Source of the DNA: Pseudomonadota bacterium
GTDB taxonomy: Bacteria; Pseudomonadota; Alphaproteobacteria; Paracaedibacterales; CAIOTO01
Assembly (NCBI GenBank): GCA_040387495.1
Contig: JAZKDQ010000001.1
Location: 234,937 to 254,936, forward strand
Direction of reading: 5' to 3'
DNA length: 20,000 nt
Shown here: positions 9,835 through 18,054 of the stretch, piece by piece
Layout: every line of letters starts with the position of its first letter
Numbering within the stretch: position 1 is the first letter of the stretch
Made by a program: the position numbers and the translations under genes
The notes under the pieces: generated by a model
The model's database searches: none
What the model was told of the DNA's origin: nothing
Seen by the model: only the letters and a program-made list of their open reading frames with translations

Positions 9835-9871
9835 CCTCTGAGTAGCAATAATGTACCTATTGAAATAGGAA

Positions 9872-10231
9872 TTATGCAGCTAAAGCTTTTTTCGCTTTAT
9901 CAACAAGTGCTTTGAAAGCTTCTGGTTGGTTCATAGCCAAGTCAGCCATAATTTTACGGTCAACTTGAATACCAGCTTTGCTTAAACCATTAATGAAAAC
10001 AGAATAATTCAAGCCCAATTCACGAACACCTGCATTGATACGTTGAATCCACAAACCGCGGAAATCACGTTTCTTATTACGACGGTCGCGGTAAGCATAT
10101 TGTAATGCTTTCTCAACACGTTGTAATGCAATACGGAAACAGTTCTTTGAACGGCCGCGATAGCCTTTTGCCATCTTGATAATTTTTTTGTGACGAGCGT
10201 GTGACGTGACGCCTCTTTTTACGCGTGACAT
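9872..10231 (-). CDS. rplT: 50S ribosomal protein L20
   Basis: MSRVKRG...AKGYRG...[23 protein letters not shown]. Confidence 0.99.
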   Translation of the reverse strand: MSRVKRGVTSHARHKKIIKMAKGYRGRSKNCFRIALQRVEKALQYAYRDRRNKKRDFRGLWIQRINAGVRELGLNYSVFINGLSKAGIQVDRKIMADLAMNQPEAFKALVDKAKKALAA

Positions 10232-10244
10232 AGATTAGGTCTCC

Positions 10245-10442
10245 TTATACGTGTAAAAAGTAGGTTTTGACTTTTTTTGCATCACTAGGATGCATAATAG
10301 TCGTACCACGTGCATTACGAATCATTTTATTGCTACGCTTGCGCATACCATGACGTTTACCGGCTTGGCCCATTTTGACTTGGCCAGAACCTGTTAAGCG
10401 AAAACGCTTTTTAGCGCTGCTTTTGGTTTTCATTTTGGGCAT
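10245..10442 (-). CDS. rpmI: 50S ribosomal protein L35
   Basis: [20 protein letters not shown], 65 aa, upstream of rplT. Confidence 0.99.
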   Translation of the reverse strand: MPKMKTKSSAKKRFRLTGSGQVKMGQAGKRHGMRKRSNKMIRNARGTTIMHPSDAKKVKTYFLHV

Positions 10443-10473
10443 TTTGTTCCTCTTAAGTTAGATTTAAAACATT

Positions 10474-10548
10474 TCGTAGATTAGGCATGCCCAGGCTTTT
10501 GATATCATTGGCTTTTAAAACCATTGATCCACCCTTGCCACGCTACGA
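10474..10548 (-). promoter_or_regulatory. Structured 5' leader of rpmI-rplT (candidate r-protein leader)
   Basis: Nested complementary pairs read by eye: 10474-79/10543-48, 10484-87/10536-39, 10504-07/10525-28, and inner hairpin 10509-23. Confidence 0.45.
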
Positions 10549-10563
10549 TTTCAAAGTAAGGAA

Positions 10564-10592
10564 AGTATAAAATTGTTTGCGGTGGAAGTCAA
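10564..10592 (-). promoter_or_regulatory. Sigma70 promoter of rpmI-rplT
   Basis: Minus strand TTGACT-17 bp-TATACT, each box one mismatch from consensus. Confidence 0.8.
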
Positions 10593-10620
10593 GGTGTTGT
10601 TACGACTTCGAACGCCGATC

Positions 10621-11892
10621 TTAGGCCTCAGCGGCAACTTTATAACGCTCAATCTTAGCGCCACACTGGGTCAGCTTTTGCTCTAGCTTTTCATAACCAC
10701 GATCAAGATGATAAACGCGATTGAGTATTGTATCTCCTTTTGCAGCTAACCCTGCTAACACCAGTGAAACGGATGCGCGTAAATCAGTTGCCATGACTTC
10801 CGCGCCACTTAAGTATGGTACGCCGCGAACCAATGCGGATGAACCATGGACGGTGATATTTGCACCCATACGGCACAGCTCAGGCACATGCATAAAGCGA
10901 TTTTCAAAAATAGTCTCAGTGATCATTGATGCACCATTTGATAGTGTCATCAGCGCCATCATCTGTGCCTGAATATCTGTTGCGAACCCTGGATATGGTT
11001 CAGTCATCACGTCAACGCCTTGGATAGGGCCAGAGCCTGCTTTTATCGTAAAGCCATCAGTTGTAGGCGTAATAAGGGCGCCGGCACATGTGAGTGCTTC
11101 GCTTACTGTTGGAATGAGGGCTAAATCTGTATTCGTAAGTGTTAGCTCGCCTTGGGTGATAATGGCTGCAATGGCATACGTTGCGGTTTCAATACGGTCT
11201 GCAATAACACTATAAGAAGTACCTTTTAGTTTCCCTACACCTTGAATTGTAATGCGGTCAGTTCCTGCACCTTCAATTAAGGCGCCCATGTTTTTTAAAC
11301 AATTAGCAAGGTCAAGAATTTCAGGTTCACGTGCGGCATTAATAAGGACGGTTTCACCTTTGGCAAGCGTTGCTGCCATCATTAAATTCTCTGTTGCTGT
11401 AACAGAAATCACTGGCATGCTAATTGTTGCGCCGACCAAGCCATCAGGAGCCGATGCATTGATGTACCCTTCTGATAATTCAATCTGTGCACCTAGTTTT
11501 TGTAGGCCATGAATATGAATATCAACAGGACGAGTGCCAATGGCGCAGCCACCAGGTAATGATACGCGAGCTTTACCAAAACGTGCAACAAGTGGGCCTA
11601 AAACAAGGATTGATGCACGCATTTTACGTACTATGTCATAAGGTGCAGTTGTGCTTGTTATGTTTGATGCATTGATTTTAACTTCATTATTTTCTGATGA
11701 GATGACGCATCCGTGTTGCGATAATAATTCAATCATTAAACGGATATCGGCAAGATCAGGAACATTACATAAATGAAATGGCTCTTCTGTTAGTAAACCA
11801 GCAGTCAATAGCGGCAGTGCAGCATTTTTTGCACCACTAATATTTATTGAGCCATTTAAGGTGGCGCCGCCTCGGATAAGAATGCGATCCAT
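10621..11892 (-). CDS. murA: UDP-N-acetylglucosamine 1-carboxyvinyltransferase
   Basis: [33 protein letters not shown] (catalytic Cys), FENRFMH and HLDRGYE. Confidence 0.99.
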   Translation of the reverse strand: MDRILIRGGATLNGSINISGAKNAALPLLTAGLLTEEPFHLCNVPDLADIRLMIELLSQHGCVISSENNEVKINASNITSTTAPYDIVRKMRASILVLGPLVARFGKARVSLPGGCAIGTRPVDIHIHGLQKLGAQIELSEGYINASAPDGLVGATISMPVISVTATENLMMAATLAKGETVLINAAREPEILDLANCLKNMGALIEGAGTDRITIQGVGKLKGTSYSVIADRIETATYAIAAIITQGELTLTNTDLALIPTVSEALTCAGALITPTTDGFTIKAGSGPIQGVDVMTEPYPGFATDIQAQMMALMTLSNGASMITETIFENRFMHVPELCRMGANITVHGSSALVRGVPYLSGAEVMATDLRASVSLVLAGLAAKGDTILNRVYHLDRGYEKLEQKLTQCGAKIERYKVAAEA

Positions 11893-11941
11893 TTTTTTCT
11901 TTCTTATGGGTTATTTGCAATTATAACTTACATTCTCATTT

Positions 11942-12043
11942 GTCATTCCCGCGTAGGCGTGAATCCAGTTAATCTGAGGTTATGATAGTATGCGTCGTTG
12001 CGTTAGTTGGATTGTTCTAGGTTCCCGCCTTAGCGGGAATAAC
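11942..12043. repeat. REP-doublet / RPE-like palindromic element (102 bp)
   Basis: GTCATTCCCGCGTAGGCGTGAATCCAG (11942-11968) and CTAGGTTCCCGCCTTAGCGGGAATAAC (12017-12043) are inverted repeats (21/27 match), and each arm is itself a hairpin. Confidence 0.8.
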
Positions 12044-12057
12044 TTTAAAAGATCTAA

Positions 12058-12609
12058 TTAAAGGCGTGGTAATGTTACGCCCTTTTGTCCCATATATTTT
12101 CCACTACGATCCTTATATGATACTTCGCATTCGCGGTCTGCTTTGAAAAATAAGAACTGACAAACACCTTCGTTTGCATAGATTTTTGCGGGCAGGGGAG
12201 TTGTGTTTGAAAACTCCAGTGTCACATGGCCTTCCCATTCAGGTTCAAGCGGCGTTACGTTTACAATGATGCCACACCGTGCATAGGTGGATTTACCAAG
12301 ACAAATAACAAGCACGTCACGTGGTATGCGAAAATATTCAATGGTTCGGCCAAGTGCAAAGCTATTCGGTGGAATAATACATACGTCAGTGTTGCGCTCG
12401 ACAAAACTATCTTCTGCAAAGTTCTTTGGGTCAACAACAGCGCTGTTTACGTTCGTGAAAATCTTGAATTCAGGTGCCACACGTGCATCAAAGCCATACG
12501 ATGATACACCGTACGAAATAATGCCATCACGCTTTTGACATTCAGTAAAAGGTTCAATCATGCCTTTTGCGGCTTGTTCACGGATCCAACGATCAGACTG
12601 TATTGTCAA
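12058..12609 (-). CDS. dcd: dCTP deaminase
   Basis: [39 protein letters not shown] and YANEG. Apparent TTG start. Confidence 0.97.
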   Translation of the reverse strand: MTIQSDRWIREQAAKGMIEPFTECQKRDGIISYGVSSYGFDARVAPEFKIFTNVNSAVVDPKNFAEDSFVERNTDVCIIPPNSFALGRTIEYFRIPRDVLVICLGKSTYARCGIIVNVTPLEPEWEGHVTLEFSNTTPLPAKIYANEGVCQFLFFKADRECEVSYKDRSGKYMGQKGVTLPRL

Positions 12610-12932
12610 TGCAGGTTGCTTTCATAAAAAGTTTATTTTTTATTGATACCATGATTTGTTGTTAATCAGCAAGATTTCCGAGAAAGTGGACACAAACAAT
12701 TATAACTGAATTGAAATAGTTCAACTTTACACTTGATGTTAGGGACCTCGTTTTTGATTCAATGTTTAGCACTACCTTTTTGCGATTTATTGATAGCCTC
12801 TCTCGACGACACTGTGATTTTAGAAAAAGGCTAAAATGCATTCTAAACACGGGAAAAATGACTCCAGTTGCATGTTTCTTTGTACAAGAGACCGTTATAT
12901 GGTGATCTAGTAGCTCATGTATAAAAGTTCGC

Positions 12933-13193
12933 ATGAAGATTCTATTGGCTTATAAAAAAGAAATAAAAAAAGACGCTCAGCCATTAGAGATATTTAACGT
13001 AGTAATTAATGGGATCAAGCATCAACTTTTTGTAACACGATCCATGATGGCGCGTGTGGATGAGTTGGCAGTAAAAATTGTGGAGTGTGATAATCGGTCT
13101 GTGCCGTCATCACTCGTATCAGGTTGCTGTTATCCGCAAGGTATTATGCAGCAACGGGTGTATTTACGTTTAGTTTCTGTTGTACAAAAATAA
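12933..13193 (+). CDS. Hypothetical protein or gene remnant
   Basis: 86-aa ORF with no recognised motif. The same frame is open from ATG 12762 apart from one TGA at 12903. Confidence 0.3.
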   Translation: MKILLAYKKEIKKDAQPLEIFNVVINGIKHQLFVTRSMMARVDELAVKIVECDNRSVPSSLVSGCCYPQGIMQQRVYLRLVSVVQK

Positions 13194-13225
13194 TAAAAAA
13201 CAACAAAATAATTGGAGTATGTTGA

Positions 13226-13420
13226 ATGTCACATAACCTGCACGAAGATAAGTGCTTCACTATGGCAAGAAGTAGAAGAAAAAAAAGAAAGCAATATAGA
13301 GAGTATACGATTTCAGATGATTTTTTAACTCATACGAAGAAACATTATCTGATGGAAAAACTTGCGGTGATCTTAGGTGTACTTATAACTTATCTTGGTT
13401 GGTATTTTGTGTATTGCTAA
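13226..13420 (+). CDS. Small hypothetical membrane-anchored protein
   Basis: GGAG RBS upstream, basic stretch (RSRRKKRK) and a single C-terminal hydrophobic helix. Confidence 0.45.
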   Translation: MSHNLHEDKCFTMARSRRKKRKQYREYTISDDFLTHTKKHYLMEKLAVILGVLITYLGWYFVYC

Positions 13421-13495
13421 ATATGCGCGTGTTGAAAATATTTAGTAGTGAATTTATTTAATAAGCTTGAAAATATTCTTTCATTTTCCACATCT

Positions 13496-13817
13496 TTAAT
13501 TTCCGTGTCTTCCTTTTGAGCAAATACGTGGCAACATACGTGCAAGGACATCATCATTAAGTAAAAGGCGATGATATAATGCGCCCAGAAAATGAAGACC
13601 AATAAGTATGGCAAGCGGAATGCCAACATAAACATGAACCAAATGGAAGATTTTTGAGAGTTCTTGATGCTTGCTAAAGATAATAGGTAAATCGATTATA
13701 TTGAATAGTGTAATTGTTCGGCCACTAAGGTCTGACATAAGAAATCCCGAAAAAGCCATAGCTGCCATAAATACATACAATAAAATAGATGTTAATTTTG
13801 CTGTCATGCGAATAATG
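13496..13817 (-). pseudogene. 5'-truncated cytochrome b561 paralog
   Basis: 13530-13817 aligns without gaps to 17116-17403 (17 differences in 288 bp). The N-terminal ~77 codons are replaced by IS6 sequence. Confidence 0.9.
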
Positions 13818-14308
13818 ATCTTGTTCCACAATGTTATTGAGATATTTGACCTGTCTGATCTCTATCTGATTTTCTGCATCAAGATCACGATTGCATAAAT
13901 CTAACGCTGGCTTGTTGCTTCCACTTTTATCAATGCGTATTTTGCTTAGCGTCCCGTCTTGTTTAAATGCTTTGCTGAACAAAGCTTTGCAGCAATTGCA
14001 TCACGTTTTGCAGTAATAGAAAGTCAATCGTTTTTGCCTTTTTATCAACAGCGCGGTAGAGATAGAGGCATTTTTCGTTTAGTCTTATATACGTTTTTTT
14101 GCTCCGAGTTGCCTTTCGGGTCGTCCATCCTTCAATTGTTACCAATCGCTTTCTTGATGTTTCTAAATTTGGATTCAAAAGTAGGCGAATTATTATGCTT
14201 ATCACCTCAACGATTGTCGTTTACATAGTCAATAATTAATCTTCATTCTTCTTTCAATTATTCAACTGATTCACTTTAATAAAAATATTCGAAATCTGCG
14301 ACCCAGCC
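13815..14308 (-). mobile_element. Decayed IS6-family element (left end plus fragmented transposase)
   Basis: Fragments in several frames: SPTFESKFRNIKKAIGNN*RMD, TYIRLNEKCLYLYRAVDKKAKTIDFLL, IRIDKSGSN, IRQVKYLNNIVEQDH. Terminal GGCTGGGTCGCAGA (from 14308) resembles IS6-type IRs (IS26 GGCACTGTTGCAAA). Confidence 0.85.
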
Positions 14309-15374
14309 CCTGTTCTAAAATGAAGTGCAACACCCTAAGATGGTTAGTGACAAAACTGCCGTCATCGAGTGTTGCTTATGGAATATTACACGCATCTTAT
14401 CAATGATGAAAGAGTGCGCATCAGCATTATGAACCAAGAAGGATTGAGTGTTCGTCAAATAGCGAGGAAACTGAATCGATCGCCATCTACGATCTCTCGT
14501 GAATTGAGACGCAACCAAGCACCGCCCGGGCACTACTGGCCAGATACAGCAGAGCATCTGTCGAAGGCGAGACGCAGGCGTGGCTGTAAATTGAATCATT
14601 TCAAAGCATTATCTTCTTTTGTGATTGAACGACTCACCTGTCATTTGTGGTCGCCTGAACAAATAGCGGCTTGTCTTAAATATCGTCAAGAGGAGCTGCC
14701 TTATGTGTGTCATGAAACAATCTACGCTTGGATTTACAGTGCTTCTCAGCGGGCTGGGAAGTGGTACAAATACCTAGCAAGACATAAAAGAAAACGTGGT
14801 TTACGCAAAAGCAGAGGTGCGAATGAAAGCCGTATTAAAGAGCGTGTATCGATTCACGAGCGTCCGAAGCTTATCAATAAAAACAACACCTTTGGGCACT
14901 GGGAGGCAGATCTTATGAGTTGTCAAAAGAACAAGCAATTTATGCTTGTTTTACGTGAACGCTTGACGATGTATGTCAAAAGCGTTCGCTTAAGCAACAA
15001 AACTGCGGAAGTCACCAATAGGGCAATCATTGATTTGATGGCAGACTTACCAGCACAAGCGCGGCAGTCCATTACGTATGACAACGGTACTGAGTTTGCT
15101 TTTCATGCAAAAGTTAAAGAAACCCTGAAAGGGATTCAAACCTATTTTTGAGACCCATACTCACCATGGCAAAAAGGACGTGTTGAAAATTCGAATGGAC
15201 GCCTTCGAAAGGACTTCCCAAGAAAAATTGATCTGCAAAAACTAACAGATGACGATTTTAATGAGTCCATTGAAAACTACAATCTAACTCCACGAAAAGG
15301 CTTAAAATGGTTGACCCCTGACGAAGTCTTTCAAAAAAATGTTAACCGTGTTGCACTTCAAACTTGAATGGAGC
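14307..15374 (+). mobile_element. IS30-family insertion sequence (~1.07 kb)
   Basis: Imperfect ~26-bp IRs share the core TGAAGTGCAACAC (14321-14333; inverted at 15348-15360). Exact ends are uncertain by 1-2 bp and no clean TSD is visible. Confidence 0.92.
14378..15367 (+). pseudogene. IS30 transposase with one premature stop
   Basis: HTH (IARKLNRSPSTISRELRRN), WSPEQIA, GHWEADL, ITYDNGTEF. TGA at 15149-15151 lies in TYF*DPYSPWQKGRVENSNGRLR, and the frame continues 72 codons to 15367. Confidence 0.9.
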
Positions 15375-15406
15375 AAGGCCATTTTTATAATAGGATAATT
15401 AATGAT

Positions 15407-16744
15407 CTACTTGACTTCCACACATGTGGCGGATCCAAGATGGGTCGCTGGTTTTTTTCTCGCAATTACTTTTAGTAATATCCAAGAAAGCAACAAGCCA
15501 ACAGGGATAATGCTGAAAGCGATTTGGTAGTTATAGCTTGAAATATTTCCATATGTTGATATAACTTCACATTTTGTGCTTTCTAAAATTATTCCTGATA
15601 ATGGTTGGAAAATAATCCCACTAGACATAATAATACTATTAATAAAGCCAATAGCCGTGGCATTAGCATATGTCGGATTTAAATCTTTAATAAATGCAAA
15701 AGATAAAATACGTCCGCTACAACATACGCCAAACAAAAAAAGTAAGAAAAAAGTGAAATTTAAGGGTATATGGGGTATGTAAATGGCAATCAGAAAAACA
15801 CATAAAGAAAGAAGAGAAGACCAAGAAATTACTCTAACATAATTATTAAGTTTACTAGCTAAGCATGCTGCGAATGGTGATCCTATAGCTAATCCCATGA
15901 AAAACAAAGTATTTGCAAAAGAAGATTCAATATTACTTATACAGTACGTTTGCTTTAAATAAGGAATGCTCCACAATTCAGCAAAAACAGATATGGGCAA
16001 ATACATGAAGCAACCGCACAAACCCATTAGCCAGTTTTGAGGATTGGTAATAACGACTTTAAGAGTGTCAAAAAAAGTTATGTGAGTGTTGTGAGAGGGT
16101 ATTTGAACAGTGTTTTTTTTATCTCGAATAATAAACCAAGAAGCTATAGTGATAATTAACCCTATTAAAGCCGTGATTAATATAGAATTCCGCCAACCAC
16201 TTGTTTGTAAGCTGGAAGCCAAATAAACTCCACCCAGGCTTGAGCCCAAAGATCCTACTGCTGTAGTGATGGCCATCATAAAGCCAAATTTATGAGCAGG
16301 AAACCAATCTATAATTATTTTTGCGCAGCTTAAGAAGACACACGCGGAACCTGCTCCAATAATAAATCGAGCAATTTGTGCTACAAATATATTATCGGTT
16401 TGGGAAAAAATAAGGCTGCCTATTGCACATAATGCTGCAGAAAGTGTGATAACTTTGCGAGGACCTAACCAGTCCACAATTAGTCCGCATGGAATTTGAA
16501 ACAATACATACGTATAGTAATAATATGAACTAACGAGACTTAATGTTGCTGTATCTACTTTGAATTCTCGCATTAGCTCATCTGCCATAATGCTTGGAGA
16601 CACGCGTAATAAGTATTCGTAAAGATAAAATAATACTGCTATTCCCCAAACAGCCCATTTATATGAAACTCTAAATGAAAAATTAAAAAGAGATGGAGTT
16701 AGCAAAGAAATATTCCTCACAAAGTTAATACCATTATTCAACAA
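15407..16744 (-). CDS. MFS transporter
   Basis: About 12 TM segments, motif A GLIVDWLGPRK, ARFIIGAG. The N-terminal FYLYEYLLRVSPS resembles MFS proteins of intracellular bacteria (Pht-like). Confidence 0.92.
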   Translation of the reverse strand: MLNNGINFVRNISLLTPSLFNFSFRVSYKWAVWGIAVLFYLYEYLLRVSPSIMADELMREFKVDTATLSLVSSYYYYTYVLFQIPCGLIVDWLGPRKVITLSAALCAIGSLIFSQTDNIFVAQIARFIIGAGSACVFLSCAKIIIDWFPAHKFGFMMAITTAVGSLGSSLGGVYLASSLQTSGWRNSILITALIGLIITIASWFIIRDKKNTVQIPSHNTHITFFDTLKVVITNPQNWLMGLCGCFMYLPISVFAELWSIPYLKQTYCISNIESSFANTLFFMGLAIGSPFAACLASKLNNYVRVISWSSLLSLCVFLIAIYIPHIPLNFTFFLLFLFGVCCSGRILSFAFIKDLNPTYANATAIGFINSIIMSSGIIFQPLSGIILESTKCEVISTYGNISSYNYQIAFSIIPVGLLLSWILLKVIARKKPATHLGSATCVEVK

Positions 16745-16772
16745 AATTAAGTCCTTATATTATTTATATATT

Positions 16773-17051
16773 CGCTCATTCAACATTGAAATGCACCACT
16801 AGGGAGCAACAAAAAACACCAAGTACATTTTAGATGATCTCTATCGTAAAAAGGAGATTATCAGGAACCGAGCAATCGGCATGCACTTGAGCTAAGATTA
16901 AAGAGATCAGATTTACGCACTTTTGAAAAGTGGAAAGTCAAAACGTTTTATAGCAAAAAAACTAGAGCCACACCATACCACCATTCTATAATAAATCAAA
17001 TGAAATCTAGACGAACGCAATTATCGTTATCAACAGGCCTACGCAAAAAAG
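16773..17051 (+). mobile_element. Second, older IS30-family relic (left IR plus HTH fragment)
   Basis: CGCTCATTCAACATTGAAATGCACCA matches the right IR of the other IS30 at 18/26. From 16881: MHLS*D*RDQIYALLKSGKSKRFIAKKLEPHHTTIL**IK*NLDERNYRYQQAYAKK, an IS30 N-terminal HTH with five stops. Confidence 0.8.
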
Positions 17052-17087
17052 CTTGTTTGCAAGGATGGGGAGGTGGCGCCGAAGCTT

Positions 17088-17633
17088 CTATTTTCTTTTT
17101 TTTGTGCATACCTTAGGCAACATACGTGCAAGAACATCATCATTAAGCAAAAGACGATGATAGAGTGCACCCAGAAAATGAAGGCCAATGAGTATGGCAA
17201 GTGGAATGCCAACGTAAACATGAACCAAATGGAAGATTTTTGAGAGTTCTGGATGCTTGCTAAAGATAATTGGTAAATCGATTGTGTTGAATAGTGTAAT
17301 TGTTCGGCCACTAAGCTCTGACATAAGAAATCCCGAAAAAGCCATAGCTGCCATAAAAACATACAATAAAATAGATGTTAATTTTGCTGTCATACGAATA
17401 ATGGTGTTTCCGCGTGGTTCTGGTGCTGTTGTGAGAATGCGCGTGATGATGCGTGCAATGATAAAAATTAAGGCCATCACCCCGCATGATTTGTGCAACA
17501 TCATCAATGTTTTCTTTGATTCTCCCCAAGGCATGTCTCCCATATAAAAACCAACGGCAAGAAGGGCAATGATTTGAAATGCCATAACCCAGTGAATGAA
17601 TTTCATTAACGTCGAGTAGTGTTTGGGATTCAT
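17088..17633 (-). CDS. Cytochrome b561 (CybB/YceJ-like di-heme membrane protein)
   Basis: HYS...IHW, LHKSCG, HLVH and LHFLGALYH heme-ligand motifs, DDVLARM, 4 TM, 181 aa. Confidence 0.93.
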   Translation of the reverse strand: MNPKHYSTLMKFIHWVMAFQIIALLAVGFYMGDMPWGESKKTLMMLHKSCGVMALIFIIARIITRILTTAPEPRGNTIIRMTAKLTSILLYVFMAAMAFSGFLMSELSGRTITLFNTIDLPIIFSKHPELSKIFHLVHVYVGIPLAILIGLHFLGALYHRLLLNDDVLARMLPKVCTKKRK

Positions 17634-17833
17634 AATTTAAGATCCTTCAAAAAAATTAAAGATACCTCTCTTAGAATATATTTATAGATTAATTTTAGCA
17701 AAGTTAAAAAGAAATCTGTCTCATAAAAAACGCACTATTTATAGTGATATTTTCATTTGGTGTGTAAAAATACTTGGTTTCCTTTGATTTTTGCTTTAAA
17801 GTGAGCCCTAGTTAATTGTATTAAGTAGTATTA

Positions 17834-18052
17834 ATGTCTAAAGAAGACCTAATTGAATTTAGTGGTGTTGTTGCTGAAGTTTTACCCAACACCATGTTTC
17901 GTGTTAAACTTGAAAATGATCACGTTATTTTGGCCCACACTTCAGGGCGCATGCGTAAAAATCGTATCCGTGTACTTGCCGGAGATAAGGTTACCGTCGA
18001 AATGACGCCGTATGACCTGACAAAAGGGCGCATCACTTTCCGTCAAAAATAG
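17834..18052 (+). CDS. infA: Translation initiation factor IF-1
   Basis: [24 protein letters not shown]...[30 protein letters not shown]. Confidence 0.99.
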   Translation: MSKEDLIEFSGVVAEVLPNTMFRVKLENDHVILAHTSGRMRKNRIRVLAGDKVTVEMTPYDLTKGRITFRQK

Positions 18053-18054
18053 TT

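Noticed and set aside
9835..9871. pheM-like attenuator peptide before pheS
   Set aside because: There is no start codon or Phe-rich uORF between the rplT stop and the hairpin.
12903..15151. TGA recoding (Trp, Cys or Sec) suggested by in-frame TGAs in the IS6, the IS30 and the 12762 frame
   Set aside because: No conserved housekeeping gene has an internal TGA, and addB and the RNase E/G gene end naturally at TGA. The TGAs occur only in decaying DNA.
17812..17835. Three TTAA half-sites before infA as CtrA boxes
   Set aside because: The spacings are 5 and 6 bp, not 7.
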